Notes under the pieces: generated by a model | Told to the model about the DNA's origin: nothing | Databases searched by the model: none | The model's input: the letters and a program-made list of their open reading frames with translations, nothing else | NCBI GenBank assembly: GCA_038045705.1 | Contig: JBBSXO010000001.1 | Location: 111,669-175,668 of the forward strand | DNA: 64,000 bases | Source of the DNA: Nanobdellota archaeon | GTDB lineage: Archaea > Nanobdellota > Nanobdellia > Pacearchaeales > GW2011-AR1 | Direction: 5' to 3' | Part shown: in pieces, positions 30,344 through 40,219 of the stretch | Layout of the letters: the number at the start of each line of letters is the position of its first letter | Numbering within the stretch: the first letter of the stretch is position 1 | Made by a program: the position numbers and the translations under genes

Positions 30344-30860
30344 ATTTTTTCTTCTTATCTTTCTTTGGCTTCTCTTTATTAGATTCTTGATTTGAAACAG
30401 GTTGACTAGGTTGTTCAGGAGTGGCAAAGACTACTTTAGGATCTCCACCCTTACGTATATATTCAAGCTTACTTATTAGTATTTCCCTTTCACCCATCAT
30501 TCTTTTTGCCAAAGCATCATAATTATGCAATCTAGACACAACAAAATTTGCAAATTCGTTTGTTTCAAAAGCATTCATTTTAAACATATCTGGCTCATAA
30601 ATTTCTACATGAGCAGGTAAGTAAGTCATGACGATGTTTAAAAATAAAGGCAGGCTTTCAAAACTTAAGTCAATATCTGCAAAAGCAGTCCACAAATTAT
30701 CAGTTTTCTCTACTTTTTTAGCCTTATTTATCTCTTTATGAAGCAAAGACACTCCCTTTTCAGTTCCTAGTTTTTCTATTAAATCAGAAAGAGATTTCTC
30801 AAGGTGTTCAACAGGTCTTCCAAGAATTTCAATAATGAACTTAGCCTTTAAAGTAGCCAT
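30336..30860 (-). CDS. Hypothetical cytoplasmic protein
   Basis: Intact ORF; IIEILGRP...YLPAHVEIYEP globular pattern. Confidence 0.7.
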   Translation of the reverse strand: MATLKAKFIIEILGRPVEHLEKSLSDLIEKLGTEKGVSLLHKEINKAKKVEKTDNLWTAFADIDLSFESLPLFLNIVMTYLPAHVEIYEPDMFKMNAFETNEFANFVVSRLHNYDALAKRMMGEREILISKLEYIRKGGDPKVVFATPEQPSQPVSNQESNKEKPKKDKKKKSK

Positions 30861-30933
30861 ATATAACAAAAAAGAAGAGTCATTTTAAATCTTCCGACAC
30901 AATTTATTTAAGCACACATATTCTAACTAAGAT

Positions 30934-32019
30934 ATGGAATCAAAAGCCTTTTTATTCACATCAATTCCAATTTTAGCAGTAATCTTGGTTTTTAGTTATC
31001 TTAACATTCAACAAGAATCATCACTAGCTCCAACAGAAAAAAGCGATGAACAATGTAAAAAAATAGAGTATAATGGACAAGATAGAATTGATCTGTTGTT
31101 TATTTCTTCTGAAGAAGATGCAAGATACTATACAGAATATTTGTTTACAGTAGAACCTTACAAAACATATAGGAGTTATTTTAACATAAATGTCTTAGAA
31201 GAAGAAGCACAATGCGATTATTACAAAGATATAGCTTTATTATGTTATACGGATCAAGTTCTTGACTTGGCAAAACAATGTGAACATGATTATGTTATAA
31301 TCTTAAAGGAAGATTCTCCTCAAATAAGAAGTTCAGCATATGGCAAAATAATAAGCCTAAATAAGGGAGATCATGAAAACTCTGTGCTGATACATGAGCT
31401 TGGTCATGCATTGGGAAACTTAGCAGAAGAATATAATGGGGCAAAAATACCTCAAGGTTCAAAGAATTGTCAAAAAATTTGTACTGGATTTAAAGGACCA
31501 GTAGATGCCTGTACTCAAGAGTGTTCAGATGGAGAACATTTTAGGTCAATACCAATGGGAGTCATGAGATCATTAATCACTGATAACTATGGTGTCTATA
31601 ATATAGCTCTTTTAACAGAATTATTTGAAAAAAATAAACCAAAAGATACAACAATAACTGGAAATCAAATATCTGAAAGAACAATTTGCAATAAAAAAGT
31701 TCAGTCGATAGAAGTTTATCAATCTTCTCAAAGAATTGATGTAAAAACAAATAATATACTTGAAGATGCATGTATTCCAGATAAAGGTTTATCTGGCTCT
31801 CTTTGTGTAGGAAATATATGTAACATCAACTTATTATTTACAGACTCACAAGGCGTTAACGATGAAACTTTATCAGGAGAAACTTTTACACCAGAGAGAC
31901 CTTTAAGGTTCTATATAGAACAAAACACTCGAAGTCCATTAGTAGAAATAACCTTTGACAATCAAGTGATAGAAACAATAAACACAGCAGAAGCAGGGGT
32001 TACGGCATGCCAGTTATAA
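30934..32019 (+). CDS. Membrane-anchored zinc metallopeptidase (M64-like)
   Basis: HELGHALGNLAEEY zincin motif; EPYKTYRSYFNI; later Met-turn-like GVMRS. Confidence 0.75.
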   Translation: MESKAFLFTSIPILAVILVFSYLNIQQESSLAPTEKSDEQCKKIEYNGQDRIDLLFISSEEDARYYTEYLFTVEPYKTYRSYFNINVLEEEAQCDYYKDIALLCYTDQVLDLAKQCEHDYVIILKEDSPQIRSSAYGKIISLNKGDHENSVLIHELGHALGNLAEEYNGAKIPQGSKNCQKICTGFKGPVDACTQECSDGEHFRSIPMGVMRSLITDNYGVYNIALLTELFEKNKPKDTTITGNQISERTICNKKVQSIEVYQSSQRIDVKTNNILEDACIPDKGLSGSLCVGNICNINLLFTDSQGVNDETLSGETFTPERPLRFYIEQNTRSPLVEITFDNQVIETINTAEAGVTACQL

Positions 32020-32438
32020 ATAAAAGAGGGTTTTCCTCAATCATTCAAGTAACAATACTCTCTGCTCTTAGTGTAGTATCACTTTTTTTAATCTGGGCTT
32101 ATTTAGCTGATTTATCTAGTGATTTGGAAAACAAATTGTCTCCAACGGTAGAATGTATCTCTCAAAAATCAAAAGTACTAAATGCTTGTGTAAATCAAGA
32201 TGGTAAAATAGAAGTAAATTTAGATATAGGTTTAGATGAAGAAATAAATTATATTGATTTGAATTTTGAAGGACAATCATTTTCTTGCGGACAATCATGT
32301 GGTTCTTGCACACTTCTAGATCAAGAAGGCAAGAAAAAGATTTATTTACAAGCAAGAGGTCGGGTAGAAGACCAAAGCCAGTTAGCAGTAGCAATTAATA
32401 GATGTATTCCAGAAATATTCACTGTAAATTTATGTTAA
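32007..32438 (+). CDS. Pilin-like protein (class III signal peptide)
   Basis: NKRG/FSSIIQVTILSAL. Confidence 0.68.
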   Translation: MPVINKRGFSSIIQVTILSALSVVSLFLIWAYLADLSSDLENKLSPTVECISQKSKVLNACVNQDGKIEVNLDIGLDEEINYIDLNFEGQSFSCGQSCGSCTLLDQEGKKKIYLQARGRVEDQSQLAVAINRCIPEIFTVNLC

Positions 32439-33149
32439 TTATAATTTCTTAAAAGCAATTAATACAACTAATAAAACACAAAAACCAATAAAAAAATAGA
32501 TTACATTGATTCTTGTTTTATATGTTTTAGTAATTTCAGATTTTAGCTCATTATTCTCATTAAGTGATATTTTACTTTTTTTATCTGGAATATCTTCAGA
32601 CAATTTTTTAGTCAGATTAACAACATCAATTACTTTGTTATCTAAAGATTCATTAGTTTCTTCTTGTTCATCTTCAGAATTTGAATTTTGTTGATTTTGA
32701 CTATTATTAGTAGTCGTCTGCGTATTTCCAGAGTCGCAATAATTTTCTTCATTCTTTGTAGAACTAGTAAACTTCCATTCGCCATCACATAAGCCGTAAG
32801 TTTTTTCTACTTTATTATCATTAAATGAACCAACAGAATCAATAACTTCTTCGTTAAATTTTAAGTAAACTGTTTCATTTAAGTTTCTTAACCATTGTGT
32901 TTGTAAGTTTATTATAAAAAACCCTTGAAAGCTACCGCTTAAATTTAACGGAGCTCCCCTTCCTTCATGATCTAGAATATATCCATCGATTGAAACAGCA
33001 TCTAAAGAATAAAGTTCAACCCATTCAAAACCAGAATCATCACCTTCAGGGTTAGCCTCAATTTCATTTAAGCGTAATGCAATGACATTATCAGTAAGCG
33101 TAATAATAAACAAGAAGACCATCAGAATCACGAATAAATATTTCATCAT
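32439..33149 (-). CDS. Lamin-tail-domain-like surface protein
   Basis: LNEIEANPEGDDSGFEWVELY is the LTD-type start; signal peptide and C-terminal TM; start moved to MMKYL. Confidence 0.72.
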   Translation of the reverse strand: MMKYLFVILMVFLFIITLTDNVIALRLNEIEANPEGDDSGFEWVELYSLDAVSIDGYILDHEGRGAPLNLSGSFQGFFIINLQTQWLRNLNETVYLKFNEEVIDSVGSFNDNKVEKTYGLCDGEWKFTSSTKNEENYCDSGNTQTTTNNSQNQQNSNSEDEQEETNESLDNKVIDVVNLTKKLSEDIPDKKSKISLNENNELKSEITKTYKTRINVIYFFIGFCVLLVVLIAFKKL

Positions 33150-33813
33150 GATCATCGTTCCAGATGTTTTCCCTACCCCAATATAATTTTTCTCCATCAT
33201 CTGTCCCCTTTGCAGAATACAATATGATTTCTTCTTCAAAATCAGCTTTGAATTTATAGCTTTTAGTGCTTTCATCTTTTATAGTCCACAATGTGACATT
33301 AGAATCACAAGAGTCTATAATATGAATATACTCTTCATATTTATTTATTTCTACTTCTAAGCATTCATAAAATTCAGATCTTTTCCATATATTTAATTCA
33401 TTTTCGCGGGCATATTCTTCAGATTTTTCAAATAAATTTTCCTCAGAATCTGAAACAAGATAACTATGAGCCATCCCATATTTTACAAGTTCAAGATTCA
33501 AGTAAATGTCTTCATAGTATAATCTTCCAAGAATCCTATCATATTTATCCATACCAGCACTTTCAAGTTCAACTTCTGTAAATCCAGAAAGAAATTCCTT
33601 GCCTAGTTCAGAATAAGATAATCCTTTTTCAGGAGTGTTTATATTGAGGAGTCTTATTCTCCTGCCATCTGAAAGTTCAACAGTATCTCCATCTAAAACT
33701 CGAACAATCTCAACTTTTTCACGTATTATTCCATTGTCAGCAAAGAAAATATAATTTCCTGCAATAAGCAAAGTTATCATCGAAGCAAAAATGAGAGATG
33801 CTTTTTTGTTCAT
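33091..33813 (-). CDS. Thermonuclease (SNase-like), membrane-anchored
   Basis: RVLDGDT, RIRLLNINTPE, DKYDRILG and NLELVKYGMA. Confidence 0.9.
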   Translation of the reverse strand: MNKKASLIFASMITLLIAGNYIFFADNGIIREKVEIVRVLDGDTVELSDGRRIRLLNINTPEKGLSYSELGKEFLSGFTEVELESAGMDKYDRILGRLYYEDIYLNLELVKYGMAHSYLVSDSEENLFEKSEEYARENELNIWKRSEFYECLEVEINKYEEYIHIIDSCDSNVTLWTIKDESTKSYKFKADFEEEIILYSAKGTDDGEKLYWGRENIWNDDHDEIFIRDSDGLLVYYYAY

Positions 33814-34265
33814 ACATCTCCAATTATGGAAGAATTTACTTTTTCACCAACATTAATACCTAATTTAGAACTTAAACCTTTATTTATCTCGAGAACATAT
33901 TTAGTAACACCTATATGATTTATACTAGGGCAAGGATCAGATTCACATGGGAATGCTTCTTTAATATCCACAATAATTCCAGACTCAGAAATCCATATTA
34001 TATCAAGAGGAATAAGTGTGTTTTTCATCCAAAAAGGATAATTTCCTTCTCTTTCAAAAACAAAAAACATACCTTTATTTTCATCAAGTTGTTCTCTAAA
34101 CATTAAACCTCTACTCATATCCTGAGGGGTGTCAACAACCTCAACAACAAAACAATTATCCTCAATACAGACTTTGTTAATATTATCTCTGTTTAAAACA
34201 AATAATAAAATACTAGAAATCAATACGATAATTAATACAAAGACCCAAGTTTTAATATTCTTCAT
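33810..34265 (-). CDS. DUF192 family protein
   Basis: GLMFR..L..GMFFVF, FWMKNTLIPLDII and YVLEING-type motifs. Confidence 0.9.
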   Translation of the reverse strand: MKNIKTWVFVLIIVLISSILLFVLNRDNINKVCIEDNCFVVEVVDTPQDMSRGLMFREQLDENKGMFFVFEREGNYPFWMKNTLIPLDIIWISESGIIVDIKEAFPCESDPCPSINHIGVTKYVLEINKGLSSKLGINVGEKVNSSIIGDV

Positions 34266-34315
34266 AGCACACAAAATAGACATAAGTTTATATAATTTTA
34301 ACTCAAATTACAATA

Positions 34316-34549
34316 ATGACAATAATTCTTTACGGAACAAGCTCTTGTCCATGGTGTCATAGAACTCGTGAATTTTTAAAAGAAAATAAAATCAAGTTTA
34401 ATGATATTGATGTAGGAGAAAACCAAAAAGCAGCAAAAGAAATGATAAAAAAGTCAGGACAACAAGGAGTTCCAGTATTGGATATTAATGGAACAATCAT
34501 AATAGGCTTTGATGAAAAAGCAATTAAGCTGGCTTTAAAACTGAAATAA
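34316..34549 (+). CDS. Glutaredoxin/NrdH-like redoxin
   Basis: CPWC, SGQQGVPV, IIGFD. Confidence 0.92.
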   Translation: MTIILYGTSSCPWCHRTREFLKENKIKFNDIDVGENQKAAKEMIKKSGQQGVPVLDINGTIIIGFDEKAIKLALKLK

Positions 34550-34594
34550 TTTTAGTACCATTATGTTTAAAAATTAGAAACTTTCACCTTGACC

Positions 34595-35272
34595 ATGGGT
34601 TCAGTAGATATTTCTTCAACAACTTTAGAACGGTTGCCACAAGAGTTTAGGAGATTATATCATATCATACAAACATCCAATGGGAATGTAGAAGAAATTA
34701 TTGAGGGCGTATGCAATATTTTTCCAGGTGTCACTCCTGATGAAATAAAAGGTGAAGGAAGGAGGCAGAGAGTATCAACTCCTCGTCAAATAGCTATGTT
34801 TGCTATTAGGGCATGTTCTGCATTATCTTTAGAAGATATAGGTAGAGTACTAGGAGGCAGAGATCATACTACAGTATTGTACGCATTAACTAAGGTTAAA
34901 GAAAGAATGACTGATCAGGGTGTAAATCCTCTTATTTTTCGAAGAGGATCACCCCTAGAACAACAAAAGGATACAGATCACCTATATCTGTTAGGAGATG
35001 TTTTGCAATTTAGATCTTCAGAACAATGTTTAGAAGTATTTGATATTCTCAGAAATTCTTATGGAAACAATAACGTTAAGTGTGGACCAGGAATGCTCAA
35101 AATTCTTAGAAATATGCCCTTACTACACCCTCAAAGTGCTGTATATTTTCATAATAGTCTAGAGCTTAAAACAGAAGATAGAAGAGATTACGGAAGTTTG
35201 TTAGGAACTGATAGATCAATAACTCTGCAGGTAGCTAAGGATTTAGTAAGAAAAGCAGAACAAACCCTATAA
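34595..35272 (+). CDS. Protein with bacterial DnaA domain IV (DnaA_C HTH) and no AAA+ domain
   Basis: PRQIAMF...SLEDIGRVLGGRDHTTVLYA matches the DnaA C-terminal signature. Confidence 0.8.
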   Translation: MGSVDISSTTLERLPQEFRRLYHIIQTSNGNVEEIIEGVCNIFPGVTPDEIKGEGRRQRVSTPRQIAMFAIRACSALSLEDIGRVLGGRDHTTVLYALTKVKERMTDQGVNPLIFRRGSPLEQQKDTDHLYLLGDVLQFRSSEQCLEVFDILRNSYGNNNVKCGPGMLKILRNMPLLHPQSAVYFHNSLELKTEDRRDYGSLLGTDRSITLQVAKDLVRKAEQTL

Positions 35273-35280
35273 TTTATATA
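35259..35280 (+). repeat. 22-bp direct repeat, copy 1
   Basis: AACAAACCCTATAATTTATATA; one mismatch to 36066-36087. Confidence 0.6.
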
Positions 35281-35356
35281 GATAATTGAGGCATTTCCGC
35301 ACCAAAAATTAAAATAATTAAAGCTTAAGATTTGTAAAATAATTCTAAAATAAATA

Positions 35357-35743
35357 TTAATCAATTAATCTAGGATTAATTAACTTAATTTCTTTTATTT
35401 CATCAAACGCATTATCTGTACTAATAAGTGATTCATTATACACAACTGCACAAGCTACATGAATAGAATCAAAAATACCTAATTTATTATACTTATCAAT
35501 TAGTTCTTGACTTTTTTCAATTATTTTTCTATCAACTGAAAGAATTTCAATCTTCAAGTTATTTATTTTTTTTAGTGCTTCATTTGCATCATTTCTAGAA
35601 TATTCTCTTTCTAGAACTATTCTTGACTCAATCACTGTAAAAGTAGAAGTTTTAGCACCTTTCAAATTCAATCGAGAAACTATTTGCTTAAGCCAGTCTT
35701 CCTCTTTTATTAAAGCTAATATTATATCTGTATCAAGATACAT
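35357..35743 (-). CDS. vapC: PIN-domain toxin (VapC-like)
   Basis: YLDTDIILAL, E, FDSIHVACA, ISTDNAFD. Confidence 0.9.
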   Translation of the reverse strand: MYLDTDIILALIKEEDWLKQIVSRLNLKGAKTSTFTVIESRIVLEREYSRNDANEALKKINNLKIEILSVDRKIIEKSQELIDKYNKLGIFDSIHVACAVVYNESLISTDNAFDEIKEIKLINPRLID

Positions 35744-35963
35744 TAGCCTTTTTACCCCTTCTTATACCTGAAACTATTTCTTCATAAGCATAATCTTCAG
35801 CTCTTTTGTGAACTCTCCTCATCATCATAACTACAAGTCTTGCCCCAAATTTCAATGCTTCATTTCTACTTACAAATTCACCTTCTCTTACAAGAATATC
35901 TATTTCTTCAGCAAGTCCACTTGGCAAAGCAATAGGAACTATCATTTTTGCTTTCTTTTCCAT
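35733..35963 (-). CDS. Ribbon-helix-helix antitoxin (CopG-like)
   Basis: IALPSGLAEEIDILVREGEFVSRNEAL; overlaps the PIN gene. Confidence 0.82.
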   Translation of the reverse strand: MEKKAKMIVPIALPSGLAEEIDILVREGEFVSRNEALKFGARLVVMMMRRVHKRAEDYAYEEIVSGIRRGKKANVS

Positions 35964-36065
35964 TATAACAGGTTATATAAATAGTATATAAACTTTTACA
36001 TCAATCAAGTATCAAAAATGAATTTATGTATCATATAATCAGAATTAACACATGCAAAAACCTTC

Positions 36066-36087
36066 AACAAAACCTATAATTTATATA
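36066..36087 (+). repeat. 22-bp direct repeat, copy 2
   Basis: AACAAAACCTATAATTTATATA. Confidence 0.6.
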
Positions 36088-36202
36088 ATGTCGATAGTTT
36101 CTCACATAAACCACGCCCTTTAAGGTGTGTTCAAAACTTCGATCATCTAAAAATCGAGCACCAATCGCATCGATTTTTTGATCTTATCAATTAAAAAAAG
36201 AA

Positions 36203-37159
36203 ATGACAAAAAAAGAAAGTTCAGAGTATGATTTTATTATAATTGGTGCTGGTGGAGCAGGTCTAGCGGCTGCAATGTATGGTGCACGTCTAGGACTAAA
36301 AACTCTATGTCTGGGAGCTTCTCATGGAACAGAGCTTCCACTAGGAGGCGTTATAACTACAACAAATATTGTTGAAAACTACCCTGGTTTTATTCGTTTA
36401 ACCGGGACAGAAATAGCTGATAAAATAAGGGAACATGCACAGTCTTATGATCAAGTCACATTAAAAGAAGAAAAAGTAGAAACCGTAGAAAAACAAGAAA
36501 ATATCTTCAAAATAAAGACATCTGAATCAATTTATTATGGAAAAACAATTTTATTTGCAACAGGTACAAAGTGGAAAAAGCTTGAAGTTCCAGGTTCTAA
36601 AGAATATGAAAATAAGGGTATAGCCTACTGCGCTTTATGCGACTCACCATTATTTAAAAATAAAATAGTTTGTGTAGTAGGCGGTTCAGACTCTGCGGCA
36701 AAAGATGCAATGGTACTAGCCGAACATGCAAAGAAAGTTTACATAATTTACAGAGGAGAAAAAATAAGACCAGAGCCAATAAATTATGAAAGGATAATGA
36801 AGAACAAGAAGATAGAAATAATTAACAACACAAATATAATTGAAGTAAAAGGGAAGCAATTTGTTGAAAAAGTAGTTTTAGATAAACCATACAAAGGTAG
36901 CACTGAGCTTGAATTGCAAGGAGTTTTTGTAGCAATAGGACATATAATATTATCAGATTTAGCTAAATCTTTAGGAGTGAAAACAAACACAAAGGGAGAG
37001 ATAGAAATAGATCATAAAACTTCTGAAACAAGTATGGGCGGAGTATTTGCTGCAGGCGATGTAGCAGACAAACCATTCAAACAATTAATCACGGGAGTAG
37101 CCGAAGGTTGCACTGCAGCCTATTCAGCTTACGAATATATTTCTAAGAATCTTAAATAA
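36203..37159 (+). CDS. trxB: Thioredoxin reductase
   Basis: IIGAGGAG, VENYPG, YCALCD, VVGGSDSA and FAAGDV. Confidence 0.92.
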   Translation: MTKKESSEYDFIIIGAGGAGLAAAMYGARLGLKTLCLGASHGTELPLGGVITTTNIVENYPGFIRLTGTEIADKIREHAQSYDQVTLKEEKVETVEKQENIFKIKTSESIYYGKTILFATGTKWKKLEVPGSKEYENKGIAYCALCDSPLFKNKIVCVVGGSDSAAKDAMVLAEHAKKVYIIYRGEKIRPEPINYERIMKNKKIEIINNTNIIEVKGKQFVEKVVLDKPYKGSTELELQGVFVAIGHIILSDLAKSLGVKTNTKGEIEIDHKTSETSMGGVFAAGDVADKPFKQLITGVAEGCTAAYSAYEYISKNLK

Positions 37160-37562
37160 TCTCTCTCATAGAATTTTCTTCAAAGAATTGTCCAAATCTT
37201 TTTCCTATAACTTTAGCGTTCTTCAAGTTAACCACCCAGTTAGCTCCAGAATCTTCTAGTTGTTTAGGTTCCAAGAATATCCATCCTTCCCTATTAAAAC
37301 GCACAGCAACAACAGGGATAAAACCCATCACCTCACAAAACATCATAAAATCACTAATCTGTTGTCTAGTAATATAAATTCTAGGACTTTTACTTGACTT
37401 TGCTTCAATTGCATAAGCCTTTCCAGCTTTTCCAGCTATTAAATCACAGAAAGTATTTTCGTTTACACCAGACCCAGCAACACGCGCTGCTTTCCAAGTT
37501 TGTTCAGTAAAAATATCAAGAAGTTCACGTTCCGCTCTAGACCCCTTAGATTTATTAGACAT
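37152..37562 (-). CDS. hjc: Holliday junction resolvase Hjc
   Basis: KGSRAEREL, RVAGSG, DLIA and IEAKS. Confidence 0.92.
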   Translation of the reverse strand: MSNKSKGSRAERELLDIFTEQTWKAARVAGSGVNENTFCDLIAGKAGKAYAIEAKSSKSPRIYITRQQISDFMMFCEVMGFIPVVAVRFNREGWIFLEPKQLEDSGANWVVNLKNAKVIGKRFGQFFEENSMREII

Positions 37563-37619
37563 TATACTCTAAATAATAACTCATTTTTAAGTTCTAGTAT
37601 CAATATTTGAAATATATCT

Positions 37620-38711
37620 TTATTCTTCTTTACCAAACAAACCAAAGAATTTTTTCCAGAATCCCTTTTCATTCTCAGAACTAGCAACATTTTGCTTTTC
37701 ATTCACACTAGGATCCACATTAGCAAAAACCCCTGCTTTAGATTTTACATCAGCATCAAAGGCCTTATCTTTGAAGACAGGCTCAGTAGATTTCTTATCT
37801 GGATTTGTTGTGTAAACCTTTTCTTGAAATATTGTTATTTTACCTTCTTTAGTTTCTCCGTTTTCATATTCAGCGAAAAGTTTACCAGACATTTCATTGT
37901 CTGAATGGCTAAGATCTGTCTTTAGAGATGCAACAACAGTTTCTCCATCAGTATCAATATATTTTAATCTTCCACGGTAGTTTTTATCATCTCCACTTTC
38001 TAGTATTAATGTTCCTTTTTCTTCATCTGCCCCATACACATTAAACTCTAGTCTTGATGGTTTAGAATTTGGAGTACTTTGGAATTTCAAGGTAAGATCA
38101 CTAAGTTCTAAGTAACCTGAATAGGAATATGCGACTTTATCTTTGAAATCCTTGATTTTTTGATTTGCAACGTTGTGCTGTGAAAGAGCCATTGTAACAG
38201 TAGCCTTGAATGTGCTATCTTTTGCAGAAAGTACTAAGTCCCCTTTATAGACTCCAAACTTTCCTTCATTGTAATTAGTAGCATCTTGGAGTTTTAGTAT
38301 TAAAGTTCCTGTAATGGCATCATTTTCAGATCTTAAATTATAAGTCTTAGTTGATTCTGTCTCTTCAGAAGATTGAATCATTAATTTTACTTTTCCGATT
38401 AAGAAGTAACCTCTTGATGTAGATAATGAATCCGTGTTCGGATCTTGTTTTGTAACTGCTCTTAATTTAGTAAACGCTGCTTTTTCATTGTCAACTACTC
38501 CCCACCCATTGCCTTCAGTAATCATTACAACAGCACCATTTGTAGCTTCTACACTTTCTTCAGCTGTAATTAAATCACTAGCAGATATGTCGGCAGTAAT
38601 TGATTCAAGATCGCTTGAAGTAAGAATATCATCAGACAAAGTATTAGCTGAAACTAAGAACATACTTACAACTAACATTGATCCAAGAAACATTGCTATT
38701 ATCTTATCCAT
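37620..38711 (-). CDS. Hypothetical secreted protein
   Basis: Signal peptide; beta-rich body; amphipathic C-terminus KGFWKKFFGLF. Confidence 0.7.
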   Translation of the reverse strand: MDKIIAMFLGSMLVVSMFLVSANTLSDDILTSSDLESITADISASDLITAEESVEATNGAVVMITEGNGWGVVDNEKAAFTKLRAVTKQDPNTDSLSTSRGYFLIGKVKLMIQSSEETESTKTYNLRSENDAITGTLILKLQDATNYNEGKFGVYKGDLVLSAKDSTFKATVTMALSQHNVANQKIKDFKDKVAYSYSGYLELSDLTLKFQSTPNSKPSRLEFNVYGADEEKGTLILESGDDKNYRGRLKYIDTDGETVVASLKTDLSHSDNEMSGKLFAEYENGETKEGKITIFQEKVYTTNPDKKSTEPVFKDKAFDADVKSKAGVFANVDPSVNEKQNVASSENEKGFWKKFFGLFGKEE

Positions 38712-38862
38712 GCTTATACGGTGTAAATTGATCTTTAAAAACACATGTATAACTTCAACTACAGTTGAAGCTGAACAATTTATCTAGTAAAAAATTCTTT
38801 TGCCTTTTTGTTTCTATAACAAACATAAACCTCTTTATAAATACACCATATTTGATAAGTTT

Positions 38863-39726
38863 ATGATAGATTTAGAAAAAATGAAAATTGAAAAATCAAT
38901 CAAGGAACTTTTAGAATTTGGAATTATAAATATTGATAAACCAGCAGGACCTACCAGTTTTACAGTTTCTCAATATATAAAAAAGTCTTTAGGACTAAAA
39001 AAAACATCTCACTTAGGAACACTAGATCCACAAGTATCAGGGGTCTTGCCAGTAGCCTTAAACAGAGCATGCAGATTGAATGAATATCTGATGCACAAAG
39101 ATAAAACTTATGTAGGGATAATAAGAGTGCATAAGGAAATATCTAAAGAAGACTTGCAAAAAGAAGCAACAAAATTTTTAGGTAAAATAAACCAGCTTCC
39201 TCCAGTAAGATCAAGTGTAAAACGTGCAGTCAGAGAAAGAGAAGTAAAAACATTTGATATATTGGAAAAAAAAGATAAAGACTTTTTATTTAGCACTCAA
39301 GTTCAGGCAGGAACTTACATAAGAAAATTGTGCAGTGATCTCGGTGATAAAATAGGTGGAGCTCATATGCTCGAATTAAGAAGAATACAAGCAGGAACAT
39401 TCTCTGAAGAAAATTCAATAAATATGTATGAATTAGAAAAAATAATTCAGGAATACAAAAAAGGAGATGGAGAACCACTAAAAAATGTTATAATTTCAGG
39501 AGAAATAATATCAACAATCCTTCCAGTTATAAAAGTAAGAAAAGATGTTGTAAAAAAATTATACACTGGCTCTCCAATATTTAAATCATTTTTATCTGAA
39601 CCAGCAGATGATAAAATCAAATCAGGTGATAAAATAGTAGTTTACTCAGAAAATAAATTCATAGGCTGTTACAGTTATATAAATTCTAAAGATCTAATAG
39701 CTAAAGCAGAGTTTGTGCTGAATTAG
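38863..39726 (+). CDS. cbf5: H/ACA pseudouridine synthase Cbf5/TruB
   Basis: IDKPAGPTS, HLGTLDPQVSGVLP, QLPPVRSSVKR, AGTYIRKL; PUA-like C-terminus. Confidence 0.93.
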   Translation: MIDLEKMKIEKSIKELLEFGIINIDKPAGPTSFTVSQYIKKSLGLKKTSHLGTLDPQVSGVLPVALNRACRLNEYLMHKDKTYVGIIRVHKEISKEDLQKEATKFLGKINQLPPVRSSVKRAVREREVKTFDILEKKDKDFLFSTQVQAGTYIRKLCSDLGDKIGGAHMLELRRIQAGTFSEENSINMYELEKIIQEYKKGDGEPLKNVIISGEIISTILPVIKVRKDVVKKLYTGSPIFKSFLSEPADDKIKSGDKIVVYSENKFIGCYSYINSKDLIAKAEFVLN

Positions 39727-39885
39727 AATAAAAAACTTATTTTGAATGACTATCTTGATTTAATCTTTATGTTTAGATCATATAAGGCTGGCGGTTAGAA
39801 ATTTAAGTAAGTGAATTTAGAAGACTAGAGAGAATCAAGAAATATGTTCCTGAGTAAGACCACAAAGAATGGTAACTTTAGTTGT

Positions 39886-40161
39886 TCAGTTTTTTCCATT
39901 AAGAGCATTCTGTAATCTATTCTGTTCATCAGTTGATATATCTCTATATTCGAATGATGCATTTGTATAACCTCTTTCAGTCAAATACTGTGCAAGCAAC
40001 TCAATATTTTGTCCTGGATGTAATGTCCTAAAATGGGGGTTTGACAAAACTGTACCTCTATCAGATCTTTGTTCTAAACTTGCTCCAAAGAAAGGTAATA
40101 CTCTATTACCTTCTAAATCAAATCCATTATTTTCTTTTCTAACAACTACATATTGTCTCAT
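39886..40161 (-). CDS. Hypothetical small protein, paralogue of 40857..41141
   Basis: PFFGASLEQR / PFFGVSLEKR and LHPGQ / LHSGQ. Confidence 0.75.
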   Translation of the reverse strand: MRQYVVVRKENNGFDLEGNRVLPFFGASLEQRSDRGTVLSNPHFRTLHPGQNIELLAQYLTERGYTNASFEYRDISTDEQNRLQNALNGKN

Positions 40162-40163
40162 AA

Positions 40164-40201
40164 TATAACTACTATAAAGTAACTATTTAAATCTTTCGAT
40201 T
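40164..40201 (-). promoter_or_regulatory. 38-bp conserved upstream element, copy 1 (contains BRE/TATA)
   Basis: 37/38 identical to 41144-41181. Confidence 0.75.
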
Positions 40202-40219
40202 CTATCTTTTGAGAGTACA

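Noticed and set aside
34550..36200. Bacterial-type oriC near the DnaA-domain gene
   Set aside because: Only an isolated TTATACACA inside vapC was noticed; there is no box cluster.
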